A DNA stretch of 49,061 nucleotides from an uncultured Paludibacter sp. (GCA_937870645.1 CALMZF010000097.1:1-49061); one strand, 5' to 3'; counted from the first letter of the stretch, positions 29,101-37,831 are shown. Program-made: numbers and translations. The notes: generated by a model from the letters alone, not told the origin.

Positions 29101-29218
29101 AAAAATGACCATTAATTAATAAATCAGGTTAAAAATCATATTTTCAGTCAGTTATTTACATTGTGGCATAATCATTGAGGCATACTATGTGTAAGTAACT
29201 GTGATTAAATGAAGTGTC

Positions 29219-29851
29219 ATGAGACGTCTTAAATTCATCCTATTTGTTCTGTTAGCTGCAATCTGCTTCCCGGTATACATTACAGCCCAGACTGTCTCTG
29301 TCACCGATCGAACACCCGAGCAGGAAGCCATCAAACAAACCGAAAAACTTCAAAGTGAGCTCAAACTGACTGACGAACAGGCAAAGATCGTTTATGAAAT
29401 CAATCTTAGGTATGCCCGTGAACGGCAGTTGTCCAATTCCAGAAGTCAGGCAATGGAGCGTATCAGGAATAAAAATGAAGAAATTCAGCGTGTGCTTTCC
29501 CCGCAGCAGTATGATGAACTTCTGTATCGGAAAAACGATGTTCAAACTGTGGAAATCGATAATGCCAAACGCTATATTCACACCAATCCGCAAAACCGGG
29601 TGAACAATACCGATGTGAAAAGTCCGGCACTGAGAACAAGAAATTCAGATCCGGGCGTGGAAGATCAGCGTTCACTGAGAATGGGAATACGGCAAAATGA
29701 ATCTGTAGCACAACCCCGAACAGGCAGATCGGTTGAAACTAATTCACGTTCCGTGGTTCCCACAAGGTCGTCGGAGACTGTTACTACACGCAGTTCATCG
29801 GGTCGTACATCAGAGAGCGGCTCATCTACCCGTCCTGCCACACGACGTTAA
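29219..29851 (+). CDS. Hypothetical secreted protein with LTxxQ (Spy/CpxP-like) motif and a disordered S/T/R-rich tail
   Basis: Signal peptide MRRLKFILFVLLAAICFPVYITAQ, LKLTDEQAKIVYEIN and a low-complexity C-terminus (RSVVPTRSSETVTTRSSSGRTSESGSSTRPATRR). Confidence 0.5.
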   Translation: MRRLKFILFVLLAAICFPVYITAQTVSVTDRTPEQEAIKQTEKLQSELKLTDEQAKIVYEINLRYARERQLSNSRSQAMERIRNKNEEIQRVLSPQQYDELLYRKNDVQTVEIDNAKRYIHTNPQNRVNNTDVKSPALRTRNSDPGVEDQRSLRMGIRQNESVAQPRTGRSVETNSRSVVPTRSSETVTTRSSSGRTSESGSSTRPATRR

Positions 29852-29869
29852 CTTATTTAGTCTGTATTC

Positions 29870-30583
29870 ATGTCCAATACCTGGTTTAAGTTCAAGCAAT
29901 TTACAGTCAGTCACGACAAATGTGCGATGAAAGTGGGTGTGGATGGAGTTACACTTGGAGTATGGGCGGATGTTGCTGAGGCAAAGAAGGTGCTGGATGT
30001 AGGTTGTGGTTCCGGATTGATTTCGCTGATGATTGCTCAGCGTTGTGATGCTCAGATTACAGCTATTGATATTGATAATCAGAGCATTATTCAAACCGCT
30101 GAAAATGTGGATAATTCACCGTGGAAAGACAGAATTAAAACTCAGCCTATTTCGTTGCAGGAATATGCACGTGTAACCTCCGACAGATTTGATGTCATTA
30201 TTTCAAATCCTCCTTTCTTCAATAATTCCCTTAAAAATCCATCAGAAAGTCGAACCACCGCCCGCCATACCGACAGTCTATCACACGAAGATTTGCTGAT
30301 GTGCTCCCGGAAATTGCTTCATCCGGATGGAAAGTTATGTCTGATTTTACCCGTAGAAGAAGGAAATGCCTGCATTGAAACGGGAAAAGAAACAGGTTTG
30401 TTTTGTTCCAAAAAAGTCAGTATTTTCCCGAATTCATCAAAACCGGCAAAAAGGTTGTTGCTGGAATTTATTTTATCCGAAACAGCATGTGTGGAACGAA
30501 ATCTGACGATTGAAACCGATGTCCGAAATCAATACACACCCGAATATACCAATCTGGTGAAGGATTTTTACCTGAAATTGTAA
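29870..30583 (+). CDS. tRNA1(Val) (adenine37-N6)-methyltransferase, YfiC/TrmN6-like
   Basis: FKFKQFTVSHDKCAMKVGVDGVTLG start, SAM motif VLDVGCGSGLISLMIAQR and catalytic NPPF (ISNPPFF). Confidence 0.8.
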   Translation: MSNTWFKFKQFTVSHDKCAMKVGVDGVTLGVWADVAEAKKVLDVGCGSGLISLMIAQRCDAQITAIDIDNQSIIQTAENVDNSPWKDRIKTQPISLQEYARVTSDRFDVIISNPPFFNNSLKNPSESRTTARHTDSLSHEDLLMCSRKLLHPDGKLCLILPVEEGNACIETGKETGLFCSKKVSIFPNSSKPAKRLLLEFILSETACVERNLTIETDVRNQYTPEYTNLVKDFYLKL

Positions 30584-30595
30584 AGAAAAAGATTG

Positions 30596-30874
30596 TTATT
30601 CCTTGTTTCGTTGCTTTTTCTGAATGAAATTCCAAAGAAGTTTTGCAAAAAAAACACTTCCCAACGTTCCGGCTGTTGCCAGTATAAATGCTTCCAGGCC
30701 GAGTTTTCCAAATTGTGATACTAAATCTTTATTCGAACCTATTTCCAGTCCGAGCAAGAACAATAACAACCAGATAAGCGTTATTATAAATCCTTGAATA
30801 AAATGGATTTTGTGGTTTCGGAGTAGAAAACCCAATCCAATTCCTGCTATCATACATGCAATGACTATAAACAT
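30596..30874 (-). CDS. Small DUF340/LysO-family membrane protein, N-terminal-type subunit only
   Basis: 92 aa with three TM helices. Resembles the N-terminal third of LysO/YbjE. No larger DUF340 partner gene is adjacent. Confidence 0.55.
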   Translation of the reverse strand: MFIVIACMIAGIGLGFLLRNHKIHFIQGFIITLIWLLLFLLGLEIGSNKDLVSQFGKLGLEAFILATAGTLGSVFFAKLLWNFIQKKQRNKE

Positions 30875-30887
30875 TCGTTTTTTTGAG

Positions 30888-30895
30888 CAAAGATA
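30888..30895 (-). promoter_or_regulatory. Possible -7 promoter box for the DUF340 gene, with a very short leader
   Basis: CAAAGATA on + equals TATCTTTG on -, only 13 nt upstream of ATG 30874. Confidence 0.3.
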
Positions 30896-30969
30896 AAATA
30901 AATAAGACTACCGAAGTAAAAAACAGTTTAAAACTTAAAAAATCGGGATGCGAAATGCTGAAATTTAAG

Positions 30970-30977
30970 TAATTTTG
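30970..30977 (+). promoter_or_regulatory. Bacteroidota -7 promoter box for gpmI
   Basis: TAATTTTG, 59 nt upstream of ATG 31037. Confidence 0.45.
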
Positions 30978-31036
30978 CAGTCGCAAACGCAAAGCAGATA
31001 AAGATTTATTAATCAGAATAATAATAACAATAAAAT

Positions 31037-32563
31037 ATGAGAAAAAAAGCATTATTAATGATTTTGGATGGTTGGGGAATAGGTAATCATTCCAGAGCTG
31101 ATATCATTTCAAGTACACCGACACCCTATTGGGACAGTTTATTAGCAACATATCCGAACACATACCTGCTGGCTTCCGGCGAAAATGTAGGTTTGCCTGA
31201 CGGACAAATGGGTAATTCGGAAGTAGGTCACCTGAATATTGGTGCCGGACGTGTTGTTTATCAGGATTTGGTGAAAATTAACCGCGCCTGCCGTGACAAC
31301 AGCATCCTGCAAAATCCCGAAATAGTGAACGCATATTCCTATGCCCGCGATAACAAGAAAAAAATTCATTTTCTCGGTTTGGTTTCCGATGGTGGTGTCC
31401 ACAGTTCGCTGGATCATTTGCTGAAACTGATTGATATTGCCAAAGAATACGGAGTTGCAGATGCGTACGTTCATTGTTTTATGGACGGACGTGATACAGA
31501 CCCGAAAAGCGGTAAAGGCTTTATCGAACAGTTGCAGAACCATACCGAAAAATCAACCGGAAAAATCGCTTCCATCGTTGGCCGGTACTATGCCATGGAC
31601 CGTGACAAACGCTGGGAACGGGTGAAAATAGCTTACGATTTACTGGTGAATGGTATTGGAACTCCTGCCACAGATATGGTAGCTGCTATGCAAACTTCAT
31701 ACGATGATGGCGTTACCGATGAATTTATCAAACCAATTGTGGCGGTTGATGCCGACGGAAAACCACTGGCAAAAATTGAAGCAGGCGACGTGGTGATTTT
31801 CTTCAACTATCGCAATGACCGTGCTAAGGAACTGACCATTGTTTTAACTCAGGAAGATATGCACGAACAGGGAATGCATACCATTCCACTGGAATATTAC
31901 TGTATGACACCTTATGACAGTACTTTCAAAGGATTACATGTGTTGTACGATAAAGACAATGTGGAGAATACACTAGGAGAATATGTTTCAACTTTGGGGT
32001 TAAAGCAATTACGTATTGCCGAAACTGAAAAATTTGCTCATGTTACCTTTTTCTTTTCCGGAGGTCGTGAGGCTGAATTTCCGGGTGAAGAACGTATACT
32101 GGTTCCATCCCCCAAGGTGGCAACCTATGATTTACAGCCCGAAATGAGTGCACCCGAAGTAGCTGACAAGCTGGTGGCTGCCCTGAATACACAGAAATTT
32201 GATTTTATTGCCCTCAATTTTGCCAATGGCGATATGGTCGGTCATACCGGCGTTCGCGAAGCCATTGTAAAAGCTGTGGAAACCATTGATGTTTGCGTAA
32301 GTAAGGTTGTGGAAGCAGCCAAAGCCAATGATTATGAGGTGATTATCATTGCCGACCATGGTAATGCTGATAATGCAGAAAATGAAGATGGTTCCCCAAA
32401 TACAGCACACTCACTTAATCCGGTGCCTTTTGTATATGTAACTGAAAACAAAAATGCAAAGGTTGAAAACGGTATCCTGGCTGACGTAGCTCCTTCTATC
32501 TGTCAGATTTTAGGTATTGAGAAGCCAAAAGAGATGACCGGTAAAGGTTTGCTGACTTTTTAA
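31037..32563 (+). CDS. gpmI: 2,3-bisphosphoglycerate-independent phosphoglycerate mutase
   Basis: [23 protein letters not shown], catalytic Ser region and ADHGNA near the C-terminus. Length is 508 aa. Confidence 0.95.
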   Translation: MRKKALLMILDGWGIGNHSRADIISSTPTPYWDSLLATYPNTYLLASGENVGLPDGQMGNSEVGHLNIGAGRVVYQDLVKINRACRDNSILQNPEIVNAYSYARDNKKKIHFLGLVSDGGVHSSLDHLLKLIDIAKEYGVADAYVHCFMDGRDTDPKSGKGFIEQLQNHTEKSTGKIASIVGRYYAMDRDKRWERVKIAYDLLVNGIGTPATDMVAAMQTSYDDGVTDEFIKPIVAVDADGKPLAKIEAGDVVIFFNYRNDRAKELTIVLTQEDMHEQGMHTIPLEYYCMTPYDSTFKGLHVLYDKDNVENTLGEYVSTLGLKQLRIAETEKFAHVTFFFSGGREAEFPGEERILVPSPKVATYDLQPEMSAPEVADKLVAALNTQKFDFIALNFANGDMVGHTGVREAIVKAVETIDVCVSKVVEAAKANDYEVIIIADHGNADNAENEDGSPNTAHSLNPVPFVYVTENKNAKVENGILADVAPSICQILGIEKPKEMTGKGLLTF

Positions 32564-32585
32564 CGACATAAAATAAAATGTAAAA

Positions 32586-32617
32586 ACGCTGTAAGTCAAA
32601 ACTTACGGCGTTTTTTT
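32586..32617 (+). terminator. Rho-independent terminator of gpmI
   Basis: 11-bp stem ACGCTGTAAGT/ACTTACGGCGT (one G-U pair) with a CAAA loop, then T7. Confidence 0.8.
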
Positions 32618-32632
32618 ATGGATAGAAAGCAC

Positions 32633-32640
32633 TATCTTTG
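32633..32640 (+). promoter_or_regulatory. Bacteroidota -7 promoter box for metH
   Basis: TATCTTTG lies 18 nt upstream of ATG 32659. The TTG used by the ORF track (32638) is inside this box. Confidence 0.5.
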
Positions 32641-32658
32641 CATATCAAAACAACAATT

Positions 32659-35600
32659 ATGAACTTACGTACAGAACTTCAAAGCCGCATTCTGATATTG
32701 GATGGTGCAATGGGTACGATGATCCAGCGTCATAAACTCACCGAAAAAGAGTATCGCGGTCAGCGATTTGCCGATGTCGGAATTTTACAAAAAGGGAATA
32801 ACGATTTGCTCACGCTGACACAGCCGGATATTATTCAGTCTATTCATGCAGCCTATCTGGAAGCTGGTGCTGATATTATTGAAACCAATACATTCAATGC
32901 TCAGCGTATTTCGATGGATGATTACGGAATGGGAGCGTACGTTCACGAAATAAATTCAACCGCTGTAAAACTTGCCCGAAAAGTTGCCGATGAGTATACT
33001 GCTGCCAATCCTTCAAAACCACGATTTGTAGCCGGTTCGGTAGGGCCAACCAATAAAACGGCTTCCATGTCGCCCGATGTGAATAATCCGGCTTTTCGCG
33101 CGGTAAGTTACGATGATTTGGTCGAAGCATACGAAGAGCAAATCACGGCTTTGATTGAAGGTGGGGTAGATGCTTTACTGATTGAAACCATTTTTGATAC
33201 ACTGAATGCAAAAGCGGCCATTTTTGCAGCCGAGAAAGCAATGGATAAACTTGGGAAACGGGTAGAACTGATGCTTTCAGCCACGGTGGCGGATGTGAGT
33301 GGCCGTACTTTATCCGGTCAGACTATCGGAGCTTTTCTCACTTCCGTTTCACATGCCAATTTATTGTCTGTTGGGCTTAACTGTTCATTTGGAGCAAAGG
33401 ATTTGAAACCCTATTTGCAGGAAATAAGCAGCCGTGCACCGGTTTATGTCAGCGCTTATCCCAATGCCGGTTTACCCAATCAGTTTGGCGAATATGATGA
33501 GACACCGGGAAAAATGGCTCTTCAGGTAAAAGAATATATTGATGAGCAACTGGTAAATATTATTGGTGGTTGTTGCGGAACCACGCCCGATCATATAGCA
33601 GAATACTGTAAATTAATTAAAGATGCAAATGTACGTTTGCCAAAAAGTAAAAGTAATGATCTGCATTTGAGCGGATTGGAGGAATTGGTGATAAAGAGTT
33701 TCACCTCACCCCTAACCCCTCTCCCCGGGGAGAGGGGAACCAAAACCTGGCAGGAAGGAATGAAAAATGCAAACATGACAACAGACGCAATGTCATGGAA
33801 GTATCTGATTGACAATGCAAAAAGGATGAGAAGTGAACCTACCAGTGCAGAAAAGTTACTTTGGAAAGAACTCAGAGATAAACGTATTGGCTACAAAATC
33901 AGAAGACAACATATCATTGATGGTTTTATTGTTGATTTTTTATGTTTGGAAAAAAACGTAGTCATTGAGGTTGATGGTGGAATACATATAGGAAGAGAAC
34001 AGCGTGAATACGACGAGGAACGAACTCGTTTATTGAATATTAAAGGTTTTCAGGTAATTCGTATAACAAATGACGAAGTGGAAAGTAATTCTTTTGAGGC
34101 TGCCCAAAAAATCAGGAAAGAATTAGATGAATATCCTTTAAGACAACCAAATGATAGTGATGATACGCATGCCATTTTCCCCTCTCCCCGGGGAGAGGGG
34201 GCAGGGGGTGAGGTCATAACTCCCGAAACAAGCGTAGAAGGTATTGATAAACAGGAACAATCCCTCTTCCTCAACATCGGTGAACGATGCAATGTAGCCG
34301 GTTCACGCATGTTCCTGCGTTTGATCAATGAAAAAAAATACGAAGAAGCTCTTTCGATTGCACGTAATCAGGTAGACGACGGTGCACAGGTCATTGATAT
34401 CAATATGGACGACGCGATGCTGGATGCAAAGCAGGAAATGACTACTTTTCTGAATTATATTGCTTCGGAACCTGAAATTTCTCGCGTGCCGGTTATGATT
34501 GACAGTTCAAAATGGGAAGTAATAGAAGCGGGACTGAAATGTGTACAGGGAAAAAGTATTGTCAATTCCATCAGTTTGAAAGAAGGTGAAGAGGATTTTT
34601 TGTCCAAAGCCCGTAAAATAAGAAAGTATGGTGCTGCTGCGGTTGTGATGGCATTTGATGAAAAAGGGCAGGCTGACAGTTTTGAACGGAAAAAGGAAAT
34701 TTGCAGTCGTGCATACAAATTGCTGACCGAAAAAGCCGATTTTCCACCTCAGGACATAATTTTTGACCCGAATGTACTTGCCATTGCCACCGGCATTGAA
34801 GAACACAATAACTACGGTGTTGACTTTATCAACACGATCCGGTGGATAAAACAAAACCTGCCTTATGCTAAAGTGAGCGGTGGTGTGAGCAATCTTTCTT
34901 TTTCTTTCCGGGGAAATAATCCCGTGCGTGAGGCTATTCATTCCGCATTTCTTTATCATGCTATTCAGGCCGGAATGGATATGGGAATTGTCAACGCTGG
35001 AATGTTGCAGATTTACGAAGACATACCGGCCGATATGCTCCAACATGTGGAAGATATTGTGCTCAACCGCCGGCAGGATGCTACCGAACGGATGATAGAG
35101 TTTGCCGAAAAGGTAAAGAATGATACTTCCGGCGGAAAACAGGTTCAGGTAGATGCCTGGCGATCTGAATCGTTGCAGAAAAGACTGGAATACGCTCTTA
35201 TAAAAGGTGTCTCCGATTATCTCGAAGACGATTTGGCCGAAGCGCTGACCGTTTATCCTACTGCGATTGATATAATCGAAAAACCGCTGATGAGCGGAAT
35301 GAATATTGTGGGTGAACTGTTTGGCTCAGGAAAGATGTTTTTGCCCCAGGTGGTAAAAACAGCCCGAACGATGAAAAAAGCAGTCGCTATCATTCAACCG
35401 GAAATTGAAAAGCAGAAAGTTCCCGGTCAGAGTTCATCAGCCGGTAAATTTCTGATTGCTACGGTTAAAGGAGATGTACATGATATAGGGAAAAATATCG
35501 TGGCTGTCATTTTAGCCTGTAATAATTTTGAGGTCATTGACCTGGGAGTGATGACACCAACCGAAAAAATTATTCAGACTGCCATTGATGAAAAAGTGGA

Positions 35601-35949
35601 TATTGTGGGATTGAGCGGACTGATTACTCCTTCGCTGGAAGAAATGTGTAATGTAGCTGCTGAGATGGAAAAAGCCGGATTGAAAATTCCGTTGCTAATA
35701 GGCGGTGCAACTACTTCCAAACTTCATACGGCTGTAAAAATAAATCCGAATTACAGCGGACCGGTGGTTTATGTGAAAGATGCATCGGTTAATACATCGG
35801 TTGTTGCAAATTTGATGAATGAAAAGACCAAAGATGTTTACATATCGGCCATCGAGGATGAATATCAGATTTTGCGCGATAAGCAGGTGAGTAAAACGGA
35901 ATTGCTTTCGTTGGATGACGCAAAAAGTAGAAAACCCAAGTTGTTTTAA
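32659..35949 (+). CDS. metH: Cobalamin-dependent methionine synthase (Hcy, pterin and B12 domains, no AdoMet reactivation domain) carrying a 175-codon in-frame insertion
   Basis: Hcy domain with Zn ligands ([15 protein letters not shown]), pterin domain starting [12 protein letters not shown], and cap plus B12 domain with [11 protein letters not shown]. Foreign sequence sits between ...LSGLEELVI and TPETS.... Confidence 0.95.
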   Translation: MNLRTELQSRILILDGAMGTMIQRHKLTEKEYRGQRFADVGILQKGNNDLLTLTQPDIIQSIHAAYLEAGADIIETNTFNAQRISMDDYGMGAYVHEINSTAVKLARKVADEYTAANPSKPRFVAGSVGPTNKTASMSPDVNNPAFRAVSYDDLVEAYEEQITALIEGGVDALLIETIFDTLNAKAAIFAAEKAMDKLGKRVELMLSATVADVSGRTLSGQTIGAFLTSVSHANLLSVGLNCSFGAKDLKPYLQEISSRAPVYVSAYPNAGLPNQFGEYDETPGKMALQVKEYIDEQLVNIIGGCCGTTPDHIAEYCKLIKDANVRLPKSKSNDLHLSGLEELVIKSFTSPLTPLPGERGTKTWQEGMKNANMTTDAMSWKYLIDNAKRMRSEPTSAEKLLWKELRDKRIGYKIRRQHIIDGFIVDFLCLEKNVVIEVDGGIHIGREQREYDEERTRLLNIKGFQVIRITNDEVESNSFEAAQKIRKELDEYPLRQPNDSDDTHAIFPSPRGEGAGGEVITPETSVEGIDKQEQSLFLNIGERCNVAGSRMFLRLINEKKYEEALSIARNQVDDGAQVIDINMDDAMLDAKQEMTTFLNYIASEPEISRVPVMIDSSKWEVIEAGLKCVQGKSIVNSISLKEGEEDFLSKARKIRKYGAAAVVMAFDEKGQADSFERKKEICSRAYKLLTEKADFPPQDIIFDPNVLAIATGIEEHNNYGVDFINTIRWIKQNLPYAKVSGGVSNLSFSFRGNNPVREAIHSAFLYHAIQAGMDMGIVNAGMLQIYEDIPADMLQHVEDIVLNRRQDATERMIEFAEKVKNDTSGGKQVQVDAWRSESLQKRLEYALIKGVSDYLEDDLAEALTVYPTAIDIIEKPLMSGMNIVGELFGSGKMFLPQVVKTARTMKKAVAIIQPEIEKQKVPGQSSSAGKFLIATVKGDVHDIGKNIVAVILACNNFEVIDLGVMTPTEKIIQTAIDEKVDIVGLSGLITPSLEEMCNVAAEMEKAGLKIPLLIGGATTSKLHTAVKINPNYSGPVVYVKDASVNTSVVANLMNEKTKDVYISAIEDEYQILRDKQVSKTELLSLDDAKSRKPKLF
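33696..33739. repeat. Left terminal inverted repeat containing a perfect 22-bp palindrome
   Basis: GAGTTTCACCTCACCCCTAACCCCTCTCCCCGGGGAGAGGGGAA. The palindrome CCCCTCTCCCCGGGGAGAGGGG is at 33716-33737. Translates to ...[14 protein letters not shown]. Confidence 0.85.
33760..34134 (+). other. DUF559 (PF04480-type, Vsr-like PD-(D/E)xK fold) domain module embedded in the metH reading frame
   Basis: [47 protein letters not shown]...[24 protein letters not shown] matches the DUF559 pattern (xTxAExxLWxxLR...FRRQ...IxDF.C....L.IExDGxxH...D..R...L...G..V.RF.N.E). An internal ATG at 33760 is preceded by GGAAGGA. Confidence 0.85.
34177..34222. repeat. Right terminal inverted repeat containing the same perfect 22-bp palindrome
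   Basis: TTCCCCTCTCCCCGGGGAGAGGGGGCAGGGGGTGAGGTCATAACTC. Its reverse complement aligns with the left TIR. Palindrome at 34179-34200. Translates to ...[13 protein letters not shown]. Confidence 0.85.
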
Positions 35950-35953
35950 GAGT

Positions 35954-35980
35954 AGCCCCCAAAATCCCCCTCAAGGGGGA
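35954..35980. repeat. Left arm of the intergenic palindromic element
   Basis: AGCCCCCAAAATCCCCCTCAAGGGGGA, containing the hairpin CCCCC-TCAA-GGGGG (35966-35979). Confidence 0.8.
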
Positions 35981-36057
35981 CTTTCGGAAAGAGAGAAGAG
36001 AGCCAATTTATAGTATTGTATAAAGATTGTTCTTCTTCGATAGATTATTCATAAAAT

Positions 36058-36105
36058 TCCCCCTTTAGGGGGTTAGGGGGCTTACTTCGGGGGATTTAGG
36101 GGGCT
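36058..36105. repeat. Right arm of the intergenic palindromic element (about 1.6 inverted copies)
   Basis: TCCCCCTTTAGGGGGTTAGGGGGCT, then TACTTC, then GGGGGATTTAGGGGGCT. The reverse complement of the left arm is TCCCCCTTGAGGGGGATTTTGGGGGCT. Confidence 0.8.
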
Positions 36106-36106
36106 T

Positions 36107-37459
36107 TTAATAGGCTTCAATTTCTTCAATTGTTACTAGTTTTTGTTCTCCTGTTTTCATGTCTTTGAGCATTACCTTATTAGCAAGCATTTCAGTTTCG
36201 CCCACGATGGCTACGAATGGAATTCCTTTGCTGTCGGCATAGCTCATTTGCTTTTTCATCTTGGCGGGTTCGGGGTAGATTTCTACGTTGATACCCCTTG
36301 AACGAAGTTCATTGGCCCATGGCAGGCAGTAGGCGAGTTCCTTTTCACCGAAAGAAACAAATAATATCTGCGTTTGCTCAGCAGATGTTTCGGGGTAGAG
36401 TTCAAGTTGGTTCAGCACATCGTAAATACGGTCGGCTCCGAATGATATACCCACTCCAGAGACGCCTTCCATGCCGAAAACACCCGTGAGATTGTCATAA
36501 CGTCCGCCACCGGTGATACTGCCAATTTGTACGTCTTGTGCTTTTACTTCAAAAATGGCGCCGGTATAATAATTCAGTCCGCGAGCCAGCGTCAAATCAA
36601 GCTCCACAACTGTTTTTATTTTTACGCTTTCGCAAAGATTGAAAATCGTTTCCAGTTCTTCCACCCCTTTCAGCCCGATTTCAGAACCTGCCAGAATGAT
36701 TTTCAGTGCATCCAGTTTTTCCTGATTGGTCCCGCTGAGTTTCAGAATGGGTTGAATTTTTGCTATATTGTCAGCAGAAATTCCCTTCTCAGCCATTTCC
36801 TTATTTACATTTTCCAACCCGATTTTATCCATTTTGTCAATGGCAACGGTTATGTCGGTGATGCGTTCTGTCTCGCCCACAATTTCAGCAATACCCGACA
36901 GAATTTTGCGGTTGTTGATTTTCATCACCACATTGATTTTCAGGCGTCTGTAAACCTCATCCACAATCTGTATCAGTTCCAGTTCATTCAACAGCGAGTT
37001 GCTGCCCACCACATCCACATCGCATTGGTAAAATTCGCGGTAACGTCCTTTTTGCGGACGATCGGCACGCCAGACAGGCTGTATCTGGTAGCGTTTGAAG
37101 GGGAAAGAAATCTCATTCCGGTGTTGCACCACAAAGCGGGCAAAAGGCACTGTCAGGTCGTAACGCAATCCTTTCTCAGAGATTTTATTAGTCAGTTTGG
37201 TGCTGTTTTTATCGTTCAGCTCCTTGTCATCAACACCCGAAAGAAAATCACCTGAATTCAGGATTTTAAACAGCAGTTTATCACCTTCTTCGCCGTATTT
37301 CCCCATCAGCGTGGAGAGGTTTTCCATCGAAGGAGTTTCTATCTGTTGAAAACCGTAGAGGCGAAAGACGTCTTTTATCGTGTTGAAAATATAGTTGCGG
37401 TTGGCCATTTCACGCGGCGTGAAATCCCGGGTTCCCTTGGGTATGGATGGTGATTGCAT
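36107..37459 (-). CDS. hisS: Histidine--tRNA ligase
   Basis: Class II motifs: PKGTRDF, motif 2 [26 protein letters not shown], motif 3 GGGRYD...GISFGADR, and a C-terminal anticodon-binding domain. Confidence 0.95.
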   Translation of the reverse strand: MQSPSIPKGTRDFTPREMANRNYIFNTIKDVFRLYGFQQIETPSMENLSTLMGKYGEEGDKLLFKILNSGDFLSGVDDKELNDKNSTKLTNKISEKGLRYDLTVPFARFVVQHRNEISFPFKRYQIQPVWRADRPQKGRYREFYQCDVDVVGSNSLLNELELIQIVDEVYRRLKINVVMKINNRKILSGIAEIVGETERITDITVAIDKMDKIGLENVNKEMAEKGISADNIAKIQPILKLSGTNQEKLDALKIILAGSEIGLKGVEELETIFNLCESVKIKTVVELDLTLARGLNYYTGAIFEVKAQDVQIGSITGGGRYDNLTGVFGMEGVSGVGISFGADRIYDVLNQLELYPETSAEQTQILFVSFGEKELAYCLPWANELRSRGINVEIYPEPAKMKKQMSYADSKGIPFVAIVGETEMLANKVMLKDMKTGEQKLVTIEEIEAY

Positions 37460-37489
37460 AATAATCGGTTTTGTGGAAATATTTCAGTA

Positions 37490-37497
37490 CAAATATA
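37490..37497 (-). promoter_or_regulatory. Bacteroidota -7 promoter box for hisS
   Basis: CAAATATA on + equals TATATTTG on -, 30 nt upstream of ATG 37459. Confidence 0.45.
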
Positions 37498-37555
37498 AAC
37501 TAAAAAGGCATCTCAATAGAAAATTGAAACGCCTTTTTTGCCTTGAAAGCAAGTA

Positions 37556-37831
37556 TTACTTTCTGATACCTAATTCTTTGATAATAGAACGGTAGCGATT
37601 GATGTCTTTTTTCTTAGCATAATCAAGCAAACGGCGGCGTTTTCCTACCAACATGGTCAGGGCGCGTTCTGTTGAGAAATCTTTTTTATTAACCTTCAAA
37701 TGTTCTGTTAAATGGTTAATGCGATAAGTAAACAAGGCAATTTGCGATTCAGGTGAACCTGTATCGGTTGCTGATTTTAATTTACCGTGCGTTTTGAAAA
37801 GTTCCTGTTTTTTTTCTGATGTTAAATACAT
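37556..37831 (-). CDS. rpsO: 30S ribosomal protein S15
   Basis: MYLTSEKKQELFKTHG...DTGSPESQIALFTYRINHLTEHLKVNKKD is a canonical S15 sequence. Length is 91 aa. Confidence 0.97.
   Translation of the reverse strand: MYLTSEKKQELFKTHGKLKSATDTGSPESQIALFTYRINHLTEHLKVNKKDFSTERALTMLVGKRRRLLDYAKKKDINRYRSIIKELGIRK

Larger units (their letters stand above)
33695..34219 (+). mobile_element. TIR-bounded DUF559-encoding insertion element inside metH (525 bp including one copy of the flanking 8-bp repeat)
   Basis: ~44-bp imperfect terminal inverted repeats, the flanking near-direct repeat GGTGATAA (33687-33694) / GGTCATAA (34212-34219) and a complete internal DUF559 coding module. Removing 525 bp restores ...LVITPETS... 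in frame. Confidence 0.6.
35950..36106. mobile_element. ORF-less MITE-like element of G5/C5-run palindromes filling the metH-hisS convergent spacer
   Basis: Left arm AGCCCCCAAAATCCCCCTCAAGGGGGA. Right arm TCCCCCTTTAGGGGGTTAGGGGGCT plus an extra GGGGGATTTAGGGGGCT. The arms are inverted copies around a ~75-bp AT-rich core. Confidence 0.45.

Noticed and set aside
33695-34219. The metH insertion could be an intein, or an intein carrying a homing endonuclease.
   Set aside because: The first inserted residue is not Cys/Ser/Thr. There is no His-Asn followed by Cys/Ser/Thr at the downstream junction, and no Hint block motifs. The insert is only 175 aa, of which ~110 are the DUF559 fold. The DNA-level inverted repeats point to a DNA element rather than a protein-splicing element.
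33591-34328. The minus-strand ORFs 33591..33815 and 34050..34328 span the palindromes.
   Set aside because: They are antisense read-throughs of the stop-free palindromic repeats inside the well-supported metH frame. They have no independent coding signal.
33696-36106. The G/C-rich repeats could form a CRISPR array.
   Set aside because: There are only two inverted pairs with different sequences, no regularly spaced direct repeats, no spacers of uniform length and no cas genes in the window.
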